DNA of 64,000 bases from Octopus vulgaris (lineage: Eukaryota). Positions 13,513-28,089 of this stretch are shown here, in pieces. The stretch is from the NCBI GenBank assembly GCA_951406725.2, contig OX597815.1, positions 61,070,001 to 61,134,000 of the forward strand, written 5' to 3'. Each line of letters begins with the position of its first letter. Positions within the stretch are counted from its first letter, which is position 1. Made by a program: the position numbers and the translations under genes. The notes beneath the pieces are model-generated. The model did not search any database, was not told the DNA's origin, and was given only the letters and a program-made list of their open reading frames with translations.

Positions 13513-15345
13513 ATGGCTTTAAAACGAGCTGCTGGCTCTTCCCTCCTTGCAACAACACCCCCTCCACAAGAAGAAAAAATTGCGTCACAGGTTACGAACA
13601 ACCCATTTCAAGCCGTAAAAGGCAACAGAGCTCCTCCTTCAGAAACGGAAAGCACGCGCGCCGTTCGAAAGGAGAATGCTAGCCAGGACGTCGCGTTCGA
13701 CGTCACTCCTGATTTCCCCCCTCTGCCTTCAACTAATGTTATAGTACCGAAGGGTGAGGAAGGGAATAATATGAATAAAAGTCATATAAACAAAGAATCA
13801 AAAATTGAAGAAAATTCAAAAGGCTTTGCTTCAGCTGCGAAGCAAATTTCGGAGGAAGTAGAAATTACGATGGAGGATCTAAAAATGGCAAAAGATTTGT
13901 TGAGAAAGGAGGGAAACAGTGTTTTCCTCAACACACCTCAACAACTCATACAAGAGACCAATAAAAGAACAATTTTTTATAAAGTTTTCGAAAAGAAAAC
14001 AAAAAGATTGTTTAACGCCACACCCCAACAGTTAGAAATAGCTCTGAAGCCCATTTGGGGCCAAAAGAGCTATGTGACAAGAGGGAAGCGATTTGGAACC
14101 GTGGAGGTTCGCTTCCCAACCGAGGAGCAAGCAAGGGCGCATGCCATTTCGCCCTTGCAAAATGAACATTTGTTCCTCGTTCCCATGTACCTCGGGCGTA
14201 AGGTACAAAAAATAACAATCAACACAATACCCCCCGAACAGAAAATCTCATGGCTAGTGGCGGCTATCCTCTATGGCATAGAGGACACTGCCACTATTCT
14301 AAATGTTCAGAGGGTACGAGAAAAGAACTGGTCAGGTATGGGTATTGAACTGCTGGTACAGATCCAGCAGGAAAACATCAATGCCATACCTGACTTTGTC
14401 ATCTTATTAGATGGGACCAGGCTAAATGTTACTGTAGAGGGGCGAAAGCCAAAATGTTTCCTCTGCATTAGCGAAAGCCACCTGAAAAGGGACTGCCCCA
14501 TTCAAAAAAAGAGAATGGAGGAGTACAGCAAGAGGCAGCAACAACAACAACAACAACAACAACAGAAACAACAACAACAGAAACAACAGAAACAGCACGA
14601 AGCACCAAAGGCCGCCACACCACCAACAGCATCACCAGCACCAAGACGAACAATACCACCTCCAACAACAACAACCACCACCAAACCAACACCGACACCA
14701 GTACCTCGAAGGTCGACAGCAGCAACATCAACAGCAACAGGAGCCGCGGCACCACCGATACCGGCGGAACCAAGAACCTTTCGTCCTGGTACTGAAGCAG
14801 ACCCATCAACCATTCCTTTGCTGGATGAAGAGTCGGATTGTGCGAGCTCTGATTCCAACAAAGGAGAATGGAGCACAGTGCCTCCAAAAAAGAAAAGGAG
14901 GAAAAAACAAAAAGATATACAGGGGAAGCACGAACAAATAGTGCTTCCAAACATCAACAACAACATCAACGACAACACACATTCACAACAACAAACAACA
15001 ACAACACTTTCGACACCACTACTGCCACTGCCACTGCCACAGACACAAACAAACACAGACGCACTTACAGCAATAAATACAAAAAACCAAGAACTGGTTG
15101 AGTATTTGAAAAACTCAACCAGTACAAGTATAACAGATTTTGTTATACCAACAAAAAACACACCACCAGCACACATTCTGACAATAAAAATAAACAAAAC
15201 AATATACAACGAAATTAAACAAATATTCCCTAACGATGTGGGATTGTTAGGGAAAAGTTTCTCTCAGAAACTGTACAAAAATATCGTGGAAGAACCCGTG
15301 CAAAAGCACAAGGGAGCCACCCCCACCACCAACAACAGTAAGTAG
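13513..15345 (+). CDS. ORF1 gag-like nucleic-acid-binding protein with CCHC zinc knuckle and Q/T/P-rich tail
   Basis: Open ~610 aa from ATG 13513; CFLCISESHLKRDC; position upstream of an APE-RT ORF. Confidence 0.8.
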   Translation: MALKRAAGSSLLATTPPPQEEKIASQVTNNPFQAVKGNRAPPSETESTRAVRKENASQDVAFDVTPDFPPLPSTNVIVPKGEEGNNMNKSHINKESKIEENSKGFASAAKQISEEVEITMEDLKMAKDLLRKEGNSVFLNTPQQLIQETNKRTIFYKVFEKKTKRLFNATPQQLEIALKPIWGQKSYVTRGKRFGTVEVRFPTEEQARAHAISPLQNEHLFLVPMYLGRKVQKITINTIPPEQKISWLVAAILYGIEDTATILNVQRVREKNWSGMGIELLVQIQQENINAIPDFVILLDGTRLNVTVEGRKPKCFLCISESHLKRDCPIQKKRMEEYSKRQQQQQQQQQQKQQQQKQQKQHEAPKAATPPTASPAPRRTIPPPTTTTTTKPTPTPVPRRSTAATSTATGAAAPPIPAEPRTFRPGTEADPSTIPLLDEESDCASSDSNKGEWSTVPPKKKRRKKQKDIQGKHEQIVLPNINNNINDNTHSQQQTTTTLSTPLLPLPLPQTQTNTDALTAINTKNQELVEYLKNSTSTSITDFVIPTKNTPPAHILTIKINKTIYNEIKQIFPNDVGLLGKSFSQKLYKNIVEEPVQKHKGATPTTNNSK

Positions 15346-15383
15346 AGCCTTTTTTCTCCTTTTTTTTCCCCTACTTTTGAAAC

Positions 15384-18300
15384 ATGGCAAATCTTAGAAT
15401 CGGTTGCTTGAATGTGAGAGGCCTCGGGTCACCTTGGAAACAGGGTCACCTGTTAAACGACCTGAGGTTTCATGATGTGGATGTAGCAGCCATCAGTGAA
15501 ACCAGGCTCTCCGACCCGCAGGAACTCGCAGCCCTTTTCGGCGGATACGAGATATTTCTATCTCCGTGTCGGCCGGGAGCGGGCAGTGGTGGTACTGCGG
15601 TGTTGTTTCGGAAGGGCCTGGACCTGAAAATAAGGACAGTCTTCTTGGATCCGGAAGGTAAGTTGGTGGTCCTCGACGTGGACGGTAGTGACGGCGGTGG
15701 TGCTTTCAGACTGCTGGCTGCCTACGCTCCGACAGGAGCAGGGCAGTCGGATTATTTCAAACGTCTGGAAGTTTTCCTGGGAACGTCACGCACTCTAGTG
15801 CTAGTTGGGGATTGGAACGCTGTCTTAGACGAACGTTTCGATCGGGTGGGCAGGGGAGCGTCTGATAGGAGAGGGGGAGGGTGCAAGAGCCTCGCCAACC
15901 TACTCGGCCGCTTTCAGCTGTCCGACAGGTTTCGACTAGACAACCCGAATGTGCCAATGTGGACTTGGACAAACCGCATCGGGTCGTCTAGATCGTACTT
16001 AGATAGAGTGTTTTGTAGGCCAGCGGATAAGGACAGCGTAGGGTGTCCACAATTCCACCTAGTCGAATATACAGACCACAAATTAGTGATCTGTACGGTC
16101 GACTTAGATAGGCTACATAGACAGGGACCCGGCTACTGGAAGCTGAACGCGTCGTTAACGGCGTGCAAAGCTTACAGAGACCGGATTAGTTTACTAGTTA
16201 AGCGGGCGCTCACGGGGGCAATCATCAACAACAACTGGTGGTTTGCCCTCAAGAGAGCAATTAGAGTAGAGTCGATTAGGTATAGTAAGACTCTAGCTAT
16301 TGAACGTAGGAAGAGAGAGCGGGATTTAGTTAAGAAACTAGACGAGGCTCTTGACACTGGCATCGCGACCGACGTGTTGGCGGCAAGGTTGGCCCTCGAC
16401 CAACACTTCGACGCCAAACACGAAGGTTGCGTTGTCAGAGCTAAGGCACGTTCGCTAAGCGGGGAGGGGACTAGAGCCGCTCGATGGGCCCGCATGGCGG
16501 AGGCGAAGCGAGGCAACAGAGCAACCATTCGGTCTTTGGTGGACCAGAACGGGCGCGAGGTTACCGAACCGAAGCAGATGTGTACGGTGCTTCAGCGGCA
16601 CTTTGCTCAACTGTTTGGGACGAGCGGTGGAACGGACAACGGTGCAGACTTCGGTGTGTACCTGGACGGCCTACCGCAACTCTCGGACAGCGAGGCAGAG
16701 TGCTGCGAAGGTCCGATATCTGCCTGGGAAGTACAGGAAGCGATGAAGAGTTGCACGAGAGGTAGATCGCCGGGTTTGGATGGTCTGCCCTACGAGCTTT
16801 ACTTTCAATGCCAGACTTGTTTGCGGACCTGTTGGCAAACGTCTACTGCAACTGGCAGCAAAACGGGAGAATTCCTGCTTTTGTCTGTCGAGGGGTGGTG
16901 GCTTTGCTAAAGAAGGACCCAAACAAGGGGGACGTTATAGGGAATTTCCGGCCCATCACTCTGCTCAATGCAGAGTTGAAGATTTTGGCCAAGGTGCTAG
17001 CCAAGAGATTGGCGCTTGTCGTGGACAAGCTGGTCGGCAAGACGCAGACATGCGCCGTGCCGACCAGGTCAATACACGACAACCTCCATCTCATGCGCTA
17101 CATCATAGAGAGGGTGGGTAACGACGCTGGCGCGGGTGGGGCTTTGATCAACTTGGATCAGAGTAAAGCCTTCGATAGGGTCGACCATCGGTACCTGGCA
17201 GCTGTCCTCAAGGCAGCCGGCTTCGGTCCAGTCTTCCTGCGGGTGGATAGCTGCTTTATACAGCAACATCTGCTCGGTGATACGGGTGAACGGTCACCTT
17301 TCGGAACCGTTCGACATCTCGCGTTCGGTCCGCCAAGGATGCCCTCTCTCCTCCCTCTTGTACATTTTGACTCTCGAGCCATTACTGCGCAAGTTGGAGG
17401 CTTTGAGGGGTATCCCGCGCGATCTAGGAGGCGGAAACAGCGTGTCTGCTTATGCCGACGACGTCACCGTGGTGGTGTCGAGCCACAGGCACATTGGCCT
17501 GATTGGCGAGACGCTAAACCAGTACGAAGCGGTGACAGGGGCAAAGATTAACGCGGAAAAGTCTGTGGGCTTGCAACTGGGCACCTGGAGAGGCAAGCCC
17601 ATGCCGTCCAACAGCGTCGTAGGGCGCTGGACAGACGGACCCGTTAAACTGCTCGGGGTCTGGTTCGGTCCGGACCTCCAGGTGGATAAGAACTGGGAAG
17701 AGGTGACGAGCAGGGTGGCACGTCTCACCCAGAAATGGGCCGAGAGGAAGCTGTCCCTGAAAGGTCGAGCGGAGGTGGCGAATGCGTACATCGCATCCGT
17801 CATCTATTACCGCTTGACCGTCGTCCCTTGTCCCGACCGCTGGTTGGCCAAGCTGGTACGCCTGCTCTTCGACTTTTTGTGGAAGGGTCAGGTGCCACTG
17901 GTCAGGCGATCCATCTGCTGTCAACGACCGCTGAACGGAGGCCTTGGAATGCCGTGGTTGCTGTTGCGCAGACATGCGCTCAGGCTGCGGCATCTCAAGC
18001 GCTTCCTAGACGGTGAACAGGTGTGGTCGTCTTTTGTCAGACGCGATTTTCCGCAGCTCGTCTCTTTGACGGAGCTGCAGACCTGGATCAAACGTAGACC
18101 GAGAAAGGGCGCTTGGCACCTCGAGTGCCGTCAAGCCCTCTCCGCCCTCCGCCAGGCGGGCAATGCGATCGGTTACAGCTCCACTCTAGCGTTCTATAGA
18201 GGGTTAGTGGAGGAAAAATGCGACGACGTTCTCGGGGAAACTCTAGGCGTTGAAGATGACGAACTGAGCAGTCTGTTCGGGAGGACTTTCGGGCCGGGGC

Positions 18301-18818
18301 CGATGGATAATTTCCAGAGGTCTCTCGCCTGGCAGTGCTACCGAGGGGCTCTGCCTGTTCGAGATAAACTCTACCGGCACGGAAGTGCCGTCAGCCGGGC
18401 CTGCCCGAGGTGTTGCCAGGACGACGAAACCGTTCTGCACGCACTCGTCCAGTGCCCGAGTATTGCTGAAATATGGGTTTATGTCGAACAGCTACTGTCA
18501 CGTGTAGGACGGATCCGACTATCGGCCGAATCCATAGTGAAGATTGCCCCGCCGACCTCCTTTAACAAGGAGGGCGAGGCCGTTTTCTTGTGCCTAGTGG
18601 CTGTGGCGAAAGAGGTCGTGTGGTGGACTCGTTTGAAAGGGCTAAAGACAGACACTTTCCTCTTTGGTCAAGGCCTCATCAACTTTTTCAAGTTTCACTT
18701 GAAAAGGAAGATGAGGTTAGAGAGGAAAGTGCTGTCCGATAGCAAGTTTTATGAAAGGTGGGTGAATTGTGCGAGACTGGCCTGTATAAATGGACCAGTT
18801 CTCAGGTTTCGCCTGTGA
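15384..18818 (+). pseudogene. ORF2 APE endonuclease + reverse transcriptase + zinc knuckle; two frameshifts (~16805, ~17240)
   Basis: LNVRGL, SET, GDWN, YLDR, TDH, YWKLN (APE); SPGLDG, FRPITLLN, DQSKAFDRV, RQGCPLS, AYADD (RT); CPRC-x8-H-x4-C. Confidence 0.9.
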
Positions 18819-19092
18819 TTTCAAAAAGGTAATGTAAAGGGAGAAAAAAGGGGACTCTCTACACCCCTTTTTTGACCAGGCTCCCGTTGGCTTTTGTAGG
18901 GTTTTTTCCACCAGGAACCTTTCGAAACGTCTCCCCCTTTTGGGAGTTTTTCATTGTTGAATTTTTTAAATTGTTATAAAGATTTTTACTCGATGTTTTT
19001 CAAAAACGGACAAAACCCTTTGTAACCTTTCGTCCTGTCTTGTCCCTTTATGTAATCATGCGTGTCAGCCCTTGTGGCCAATAAAAAAAGAA

Positions 19093-19101
19093 TTGATTAT
19101 T

Positions 19102-19188
<87 letters not shown>

Positions 19189-19229
19189 GTTAATACTATT
19201 AATATTATTATTATTATTATTAATAATAC

Positions 19230-19263
<34 letters not shown>

Positions 19264-19394
19264 AATACAGTTATTATTATTATTATTATTATTATCATTA
19301 TTATGTGAGGGGTTGGAATTAACATGATTGATGTTGGAACTCGCAAAAAATGAACTTTTAGTTAGCAGATTGGTATTGTGAGAAGATATAATTT

Positions 19395-19398
<4 letters not shown>
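19093..19398 (-). pseudogene. Upstream piece of the interrupted PLE: KQIISSHN motif followed by poly-Asn linker
   Basis: Minus frame KQIISSHNTNLL...NNNN resembles ATIISSFNNRKL in the PLE ORF at 42373-43836; abuts (TA)n. Confidence 0.6.
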
Positions 19399-19434
<36 letters not shown>

Positions 19435-19527
19435 CCATGTGCTCGTGCAAATGTCGAATTATGTCCACAAGCACACATGCAAACACTGATTCACGTATGC
19501 GTACATACACACACACACACACGCACG

Positions 19528-19585
<58 letters not shown>

Positions 19586-19681
19586 CTATTGTGTAAATGT
19601 AATCTGCAGATTTCATTCTTCTCTCTTTTAGCAATTGTGGGCACGGTTATGCTGTAGTACTCCAACAAAGGTGAATATACT

Positions 19682-20350
19682 GATTTCAAATTTTAGCACA
19701 AGGCCAGCAAGTTCGGTTGAGGGGTTAAGTCGATTACTTATTTCACCGACTGCGAAAGGATGAAAGGCAAAGTCGATCCCAGCAGAATTTGAACTCAGAA
19801 CTTAAGAACAGACAAAATGGCGCCAAGCGTTTTGTTCGTCATGCTAACGATTCTGCGAGTTCGCCGCCCTTTAGAGGTACATATAACGGTTTCTAATTTT
19901 GGCACAAGGCCAGAAATTACGAGGAAGGGTTAAGTCGACTGCATTCGACCTCAGTGCTCAACTGATACCTATTTTATAGATCCTGAAAGGATGACAGGCA
20001 AAGTCAACCAAGGCGGAATTTGAACCTAAAACTTAAAGATGGACCAAATGCTGCTAAGCATTTCGGTCAACATACTAACTGTTCTATCAGCTCTCCACCT
20101 TATCAGAGCTGCAAATATTATTGGGATATATAAGAGAGTGAACTGGCAGAATTCTTTGCGTGGTAGGCAAAATGCTCAGCGGCATCTAATCCGCCTTAAT
20201 GTTCTGAGTTCAATTCTGCCGGGGTTGACTTCGGTTTTCATCCTTTCGAGGTCGAAGAAATAAGTATTTGTTAAATTCTGAGATCGTTGTAATTGACTTA
20301 TTTCCTCCCTAAAAATTGCTGGCCTTGCGCAAAAATTTTGAAACCAGTTT
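19682..20350. mobile_element. Three diverged copies of one SINE family (two minus, one plus)
   Basis: Shared segments GCACAAGGCCAG, AAAGGATGAAAGGCAAAGTCGA and GAATTTGAAC at ~19682-19870 and ~19890-20100, inverted at ~20135-20350. Confidence 0.65.
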
Positions 20351-20457
20351 ATTATTAGAAAAACAATATACATGACTAGTGAAACACGTGTATATTGTCC
20401 AGCTGTAACTCTTGCAGATAATACTTTCAGTCATCCCCGTCTCTCTCTCTCTCACTC

Positions 20458-21073
<616 letters not shown>

Positions 21074-21104
21074 ATATGTGTGTCTGTGTGTGTGTATGTG
21101 TGTG

Positions 21105-21154
<50 letters not shown>

Positions 21155-21204
21155 TGTTTATTTGTATCTCTATCAATCAATCCATCTATATCTATCTATA
21201 TATT

Positions 21205-21540
21205 CTTGTATTCGTTTACTTGTTTCAGTCATTTGATTGCGGCCATGCTGGAGCACCGCCTTTAGTCGAACAAATCGACCCTAGTACTTATTCTTTGTAA
21301 ATCTAGTACTTATTCTATTGGTCTCTTTTGCCAAACAGCTAGGTACAGGGACGTAAACACACCAGCATCGGTTGTCAAGCAATGGTGGGGAGACAGATGC
21401 AGACAAACCTATACATATATACACGACGGCCTTCTTTCTGTTTCCATCTACCAGATCCATTCACAAGGATTTGGTCGGCCCGAGGTCCGAACCATGTGGT
21501 TGGGAAGCAAGTTTCTTACCACACTGCCACACATGCGCCT
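21205..21540 (-). mobile_element. Cephalopod-type SINE
   Basis: Homologous segments recur at ~33880-34025 (-), ~46790-47175 (+) and ~62545-62670 (+), e.g. CCAGCATGGCCGCA...TGAAACAAGTAA. Confidence 0.65.
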
Positions 21541-21567
21541 ATATCTATATTTCTATATCTTTATCTG

Positions 21568-21603
<36 letters not shown>

Positions 21604-21612
21604 GCTACCTGC

Positions 21613-21736
<124 letters not shown>

Positions 21737-21740
21737 CGTA

Positions 21741-22010
21741 AGGGGTATTAGCCATCTGAATGTGGCTAGCCATCTGAATGTGGGGGGGGGGGGGTGCTGA
21801 TACTTTTAGCCCCAGGCGATCAACGTCACCAGAAGGACTTTAGACACTATCTCAGTGCCCTTGTGTTATTTGCAAAGGGGGGTCATCCTCCCTCGAAGAC
21901 CCGAGTACTACATACGGACTATAGTTTCAAGGTAATTGCCTCTCGTCAACGCATGGTGGCCACATTCGTCAACGCATGTGGCTAGCCACATTCAGATGGC
22001 TAATACCCCT
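21741..22010. mobile_element. MITE with ~32-bp TIRs and TA duplication
   Basis: TA|AGGGGTATTAGCCATCTGAATGTGGCTAGCCA ... TGGCTAGCCACATTCAGATGGCTAATACCCCT|TA. Confidence 0.8.
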
Positions 22011-22059
22011 TACGTTGTCGAGCGGTTACTGTTTATATCTCGTTCAGAGATTTATTATT

Positions 22060-22098
<39 letters not shown>

Positions 22099-22099
<1 letters not shown>

Positions 22100-22480
22100 C
22101 GGGAAGCTTTATGAAAATAAACAAAAGACGAAGGCAGGTGGAGTACAAACAAACAATTGTATTAGTATGGCGCTCAGGAATATAAATAAAACAAGTCTTT
22201 TACGTTTCGAGCCTACGCTCTTCAACAGAAAGATACACAGAAAAGAAACACGGAGAGAAACAAGGAGAGAAAAAAAATGCGTGCAGAAGCTAGCGATTTA
22301 ACATGGCGATTCTGGCCAGAAGTTAGAGACCAAACGTGAGACGCAAGAGCGAAAATAGGGGAGATAACAGGGTCAAATGACTTCGCCCCAACATAAGGGT
22401 GCGTGTGTGTATGAGAGAGTATGTGGTGCGTATGAAAGGTCTGGACGTGTGTATGTATGTATGAAGTGATGTGTAATGTC
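22099..22480 (-). mobile_element. PLE terminal segment with degenerate hammerhead
   Basis: Minus strand CTTT-CTGTTGA-a-GAGC gtag GCTC-GAAA-CG-TA-AAAG at ~22197-22232; related copy at ~32960-33148 (+). Confidence 0.55.
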
Positions 22481-22483
22481 GTA

Positions 22484-23715
22484 CGAGGGACGTTCAATAA
22501 GTAATGCCTCTGACCTACTTGCAATTGTTTGATCTAGCTGAAATTTTGCATGTGCAATTGCTTATATGTCTATAGATTACGGGGAACTAATTACAGCTCT
22601 GAACTAATTGTGGTTTCGGATTTACAGGTGTTTGAACTGAGTCAAGTGTGAAATGGAGCCTGTTGAGTGTCGAGCAGTGATACGGTTTTTATATTTGAAA
22701 GGACGCACACCACGGGAGACTTTTGATGAAATGAAAGTAACTTATGGTGATGATGCCCCATCATATGACCTTGTAAAACGCTGGCGTCGCGAATTCAAAC
22801 ATGGTCGGAACTCTGTGGAAACAGCTCCCAGATCTGTTCGCCCCCTTCTTCCATTGATGAGGCATCTGTCCGTCAAGTTGAGGCTGCCATTTTGGAAGAT
22901 CGACGCATAACTATTCGCCAAATAGCCCATGAGGTCAAGATTAGTACCGGGTCTGTGGAAACTATCATTCATGACAATTTGCATATGCAAAAGGTGTCTG
23001 CCAGATGGATTCCCAGGCTGCTCAAATCTTTCCAGAAGCAAGAATGCGTCGAGCGCTCGAGGATGAATTTGGAGATATGCCAAGAAGATGAGTCAAATTT
23101 TTTCAAAAGACTGATTACACAGGATGAAACCTGGGTCCATCACTATGATCCAGAGACCAAAGCCCAGTCAATGCAGTGGAAGCACCGTGACTCACCTCCT
23201 CCAAAGAAGGCAAGGGTGCAGCGCTCCGCTGGCAAGGCCACGCTCACAGTCTTCTGGGACCAGGACGGAGTAGTGATGACAGATTTCCTGGCAAAGGGCA
23301 CCACAATTATAGGAGCCTATTATGCTTCACTTTTGAGGAAATTAAGAGAAGCTATCAAAATCAACTCGCTGTCGCCAGATCAGAAGCATAGGCGTGCGGC
23401 TATGAACTCCTCCCCCATCTCCCTATTCTCCTGACCTTGCACCCTCAGATTTTCACCTCTTCCAAGCCATGAAGTTGTTTTTGAAAGGAAAGTGTTTTCC
23501 AAATGATGCAGCCTTGATTTCTGAAGTCACGTCGTGGTTGGAGGACCAAGCTGGGGTCTTCTACAAAAATGGTCTCCAGAGCTGCATCACACGATGAGAG
23601 AAATGCGTTACTCTGGGTGGTTCCTAGGTAGAAAAAGACTAATAACTGTGCCAAGTTTTGTTGCTCTACTGCTATGGGAAGTGGGTCAGGGGCATTACTT
23701 ATTGAACGCCCCTCG
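22484..23715 (+). mobile_element. mariner transposon, defective
   Basis: TIRs CGAGGG(A/G)CGTTCAATAAGTAATGCC with TA duplication; transposase from 22653 with WIPRLL, ITQDETW and YSPDLAPSD-like motifs; frameshift, deletion and stops. Confidence 0.92.
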
Positions 23716-24554
23716 TATGGTGTAGTGTAGAGAGGGGAGATGAGGGGGAGAGTGAGAGAGAGAGTGGAGGAGGAGAAGGAGGAGGAGGAGGAGGAGGAGG
23801 AGGAGGAGAAGGGGTGAGGAGGGAGGGGAGGGGAGGAGAGATGAGGGAGGAGGAGAAGGAACGACGAGAAGAGGGGAGGAGGAGGGGAAGTGGAGAAGGG
23901 GAGAAGGAAGGAGAGGAGAAGAGGGGAAGGGGAGAAGGAAGGAGAGGAGAAGAGGAGGGGGATGGGAAAGGAGGGGAGAGGAGGAGGGGGAGGTATATAT
24001 ATATAAAAGCAATTATGGTGATAAGCAAATTAGACTCATCAAATGAAATAAATTTATATAAGTAAACATGTAAAACGAGAGAGAGAGAGAGCAAAAGGTA
24101 GCAACTTTCAGATGAGGAATTATTGAACATATATGTATAAATATAAGGATATCTATATCAAAAAGTGCAACACAGTGTACAAACAGCAGAAAAATGTAAG
24201 AGGTTGATTTGTCTTCGTACTTTATGCAACTTGGATCTGTTTAAATAGCTATACACACACACACACACATACACACACACACTCACACACACACACACTC
24301 ACACACACACATATACATATATATATATATATACACACATATAAATTCATTCATCATCTGAAAGTTTCCATCTTTTGCTGTCTCTCATTCTGCACGTATA
24401 CATATGTACATATTTTGTATTCGATGTACTCAATATATTTAATATATTTGATGTTTCTAATTTGCTTATCCCAACAATTGCTTCTATACCCGCTCAACAA
24501 GATCCCTCTCATAGCTTTTCTTTACCTTGTGAGAATATCTGGATCTCGTTTGTG

Positions 24555-24619
<65 letters not shown>

Positions 24620-26466
24620 CATATCTATCTATCTCTTTCTCTGTATGTGTGTGTGTTTGCATGTGTGTGTGTATGTGTGTGTGTATGATCACTCGTATTC
24701 ACTAATGCCAATATATATTTGCTCAGGTGAGACCCTTGTGAATATGAAGGTAACCTCAAAAATTTAATGAGTGAGACTACAAAATAAATGCAGTTATGGT
24801 TTGCCACAAAGGATACATAAATTGACGTTTCAAAGGGATGTCCTTTATCATAAAGACAGGAAGCAGGAAAGGATGAATCATAGTTGGTGAAGAGCTAAGC
24901 ATTGCTGGAATAGTAAACAGGGTAGGAAAGGAGTAAGGAAGATGGTTTACAGTGTGAAAGAGCGTGCTTGTGATAAGGGAAATATTGCATGCGTTAACAA
25001 GTACGGAGACTGTTTTGAATAATATTGTGTGTGAATTTGTGTTCAAATCCTAAGACACCGGACTAATCACTACACTCAGTTCTTTTGTCTTAGAAATACA
25101 TAATCTCGCACTTCCTAACTTTGACATATATTTGTTGCAGCCTTCCACTTGCTGTTATATCAGGTCAGGTGTGAGGACATGCGCCAATGCAGCGCATTGC
25201 TGTTGTCATCATTTGTCGGTATATTCTTGAGTCATCCCAGATGATCCGTCTAGTAGAGTTTCAGTCAGTCTTCCTCCCCGCGAGATACCTCTTCATCTTA
25301 ACCAGGTGGCACGCAGTTGACCAACACAATATGTCAACCCAGCTGGATCCTCAACACTGTATTTAACGTAGTTTAGCCTTGAGAGACATATTAACAGTGC
25401 ACAAACAACAAATCCTGGACCCCACGACCAAGAAAATTCCCGTAAGCAAATACCTAGTCCAAGCTCTGTAAACATAAACCCGAAATACCAAATCTTCCCT
25501 CTCTATCAATGCACCGGAAACACTTCGACCCAATTCTGTTTAAATAAGGGAAGCATACTCAATAAAAGATATAAACCACAGCAGAATATTCTTTAGAAAG
25601 AAGGAAAAACGCTAAAGAGAAAAACAGAAAAAAACCTCAATTCCTCCACAAGAAAAAAACAACAACCAGGTACAATAGACAATTTTTTAAAACTTTAGCA
25701 ACAGTTTTCCACCCGGGTTCGAAACCACTACTCCAAATCACCATACAAACACCAACTGCCGACGTCACCTAACTCTAGACCAATGAAATTTTACAAACAC
25801 CAGTAGCTGACGTCACCTAACTCTACACAAATGTAATTTTACCTCTGATCAAAACCGAACTTCAGCAAATAAAACAAAATGACCCTTTAAGAAGTGAAAC
25901 GGCTAACAATCGTTCCCCACAGGGAAACCAACCTGGCAGAACGACAAATTTGACCACCAGGAAAACAAGGCTTCACCAGTACTTTAACGAATCAAAAATC
26001 AGATCTGTTCGCGAAAAAAATTATAAATACACCAGATTCCAAAAAACACCGTTACAAGCGAAAGTTCCTGCACACCAAAGAAAGAGAATCACAGAAACTG
26101 TAAACCAAATCCCTTTTTTTACTATCTTCATTTCTCCCTTGTTTTTATCCCTCTTAACTCAGTATGACTGAAACTGATGATATTCATTTCTTGTCGACCA
26201 CTACTTACACTATTGAATTTTGTACATTTAAGCAAGTCAGTCAACAGTTTTTATATTATTGACTGTTATGAACATTTAAACTTGTCAACATTGAAACTTT
26301 TGAAGATGTTTTTCTGATTCATAATTCTAAATTTTTACCATTGATAAACAAAAAGTATTGTTGAAACTAGTTTCGTATATAAGTAAATAAATTCATTTTA
26401 AAAGAATGACAAGTTTTTCACATTTATGTGCTTTTTCAACTACAAATTTGCCTATATATATCAATA

Positions 26467-26572
<106 letters not shown>

Positions 26573-26865
26573 GGTTTTTTCCAGTTGTATGAACTAAAAG
26601 TCGGAGAGGGACTGGATAAACTACCTGCGTGAACTTGCTATAAAAGCAGTTAGTAATTTTACCTTTGGGCTTATTCTTAGTGCAAATTTTGAAAAGTGTA
26701 GTTCGAATTCAACAGTTATTATTTTCAAAACTATAATGGAAGTGACAAAGGAGCATATTCAGCATATTTTTGCTTTATGAGTTCAATAAAGGAAACATAT
26801 TACTCTACCTCTGGTATTCGAGTAGTCTTTTTTCCACCTTGTTTCACATTTATGTGCTTACTCCG

Positions 26866-26932
<67 letters not shown>

Positions 26933-26934
<2 letters not shown>

Positions 26935-27380
26935 GGGTCATCCCATAAATAATGTGGGTTTTTTCCAGTTGTATGAACTAAAAGTCGGAGAGGGACTGGA
27001 TAAACTACCTGCGTGAACTTGCTATAAAAGCAGTTAGTAATTTTACCTTTGGGCTTATTCTTAGTGCAAATTTTGAAAAGTGTAGTTCGAATTCAACAGT
27101 TATTATTTTCAAAACTATAATGGAAGTGACAAAGGAGCATATTCAGCATATTTTTGATATATATAAAGTTTCCAAACAAGAAAGCACAAAAAAACACAAC
27201 AACGCGAGGATGTGGAACAAACGATAGTATCTATTGGACGCTTTCAGGAAAGAAGGAGAGAAGGAGGGTGTTAACGTTTCGAGCGGAGCTGTAATCGTTC
27301 GGAAACATAGGAGCGAGGCTGAGATCCAGAGAAGGGAAGACAGCTTGAAAAATCGGTAACGGTATGCCACACGCGGTCAC

Positions 27381-27416
<36 letters not shown>

Positions 27417-27544
27417 GGGGTATATATAAGTGTATTTTTTAGAAGCCCAAGATTGTAAATACTAGGGAAAACAGCTTTAGAAAATCGGATGAAAAAGTAA
27501 TAACACAGAAAAAAGTGAACCGCATTATTTATGGGATGACCCAA
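26933..27544 (+). mobile_element. Internally deleted mariner derivative, with the left end duplicated at ~26568-26795
   Basis: GGGTCATCCCATAAATAATG ... CATTATTTATGGGATGACCCAA, the same TIR as 59056-59972; interrupted by a PLE-end insert at ~27165-27380. Confidence 0.65.
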
Positions 27545-27622
27545 TATATATATATATGTATGTATATATATATATATGTATGTATATATATATATATATA
27601 TATGTATGTATACATATATATG

Positions 27623-27679
<57 letters not shown>

Positions 27680-27684
<5 letters not shown>

Positions 27685-27881
27685 TAATCCAAACAAGAAA
27701 GCACAAAAAAACACAACAACGCGAGGATGTGGAACAAATATAGTATTATTGGACGCTCAGGAAAGAAGGAGAGAAGGAGGGTTTAACGTTTCGAGCGGAG
27801 CTCTTCGTCGGAAACATAGGAGAAGGAAAGATCCAGAGAAGGGAAGACAGAGGAAAAAATCGGTAACGGTACACACGCGAT

Positions 27882-27885
<4 letters not shown>
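27680..27885 (-). mobile_element. Short PLE-end repeat with minimal hammerhead (27781-27815)
   Basis: Near-identical to the reverse complement of ~5100-5298; other copies or fragments at ~1870-1960, ~27165-27380 and ~28839-28940, all in (TA)n. Confidence 0.7.
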
Positions 27886-27954
<69 letters not shown>

Positions 27955-28089
27955 GAGTGTATTTTTACCTTGTTAACAACACGGAAAAATAAATAGTTAC
28001 CAGGGCAGCAAAATAGTATCAGTGGAATTTTCGAAACATGTGTCGAAAGTAAAAATATTTGTTTACACCTGCGTTAATTCCATTTTTTA

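Noticed and set aside
14468-18440. Antisense ORFs over the Tx1 element
   Set aside because: Expected shadows of GC-rich or low-complexity coding sequence.
25245-26390. Degenerate hammerhead-like motifs near 25250-25300 (-) and 26300-26375 (+)
   Set aside because: Cores are mutated and stems weak; possibly an old PLE remnant, but unsupported.
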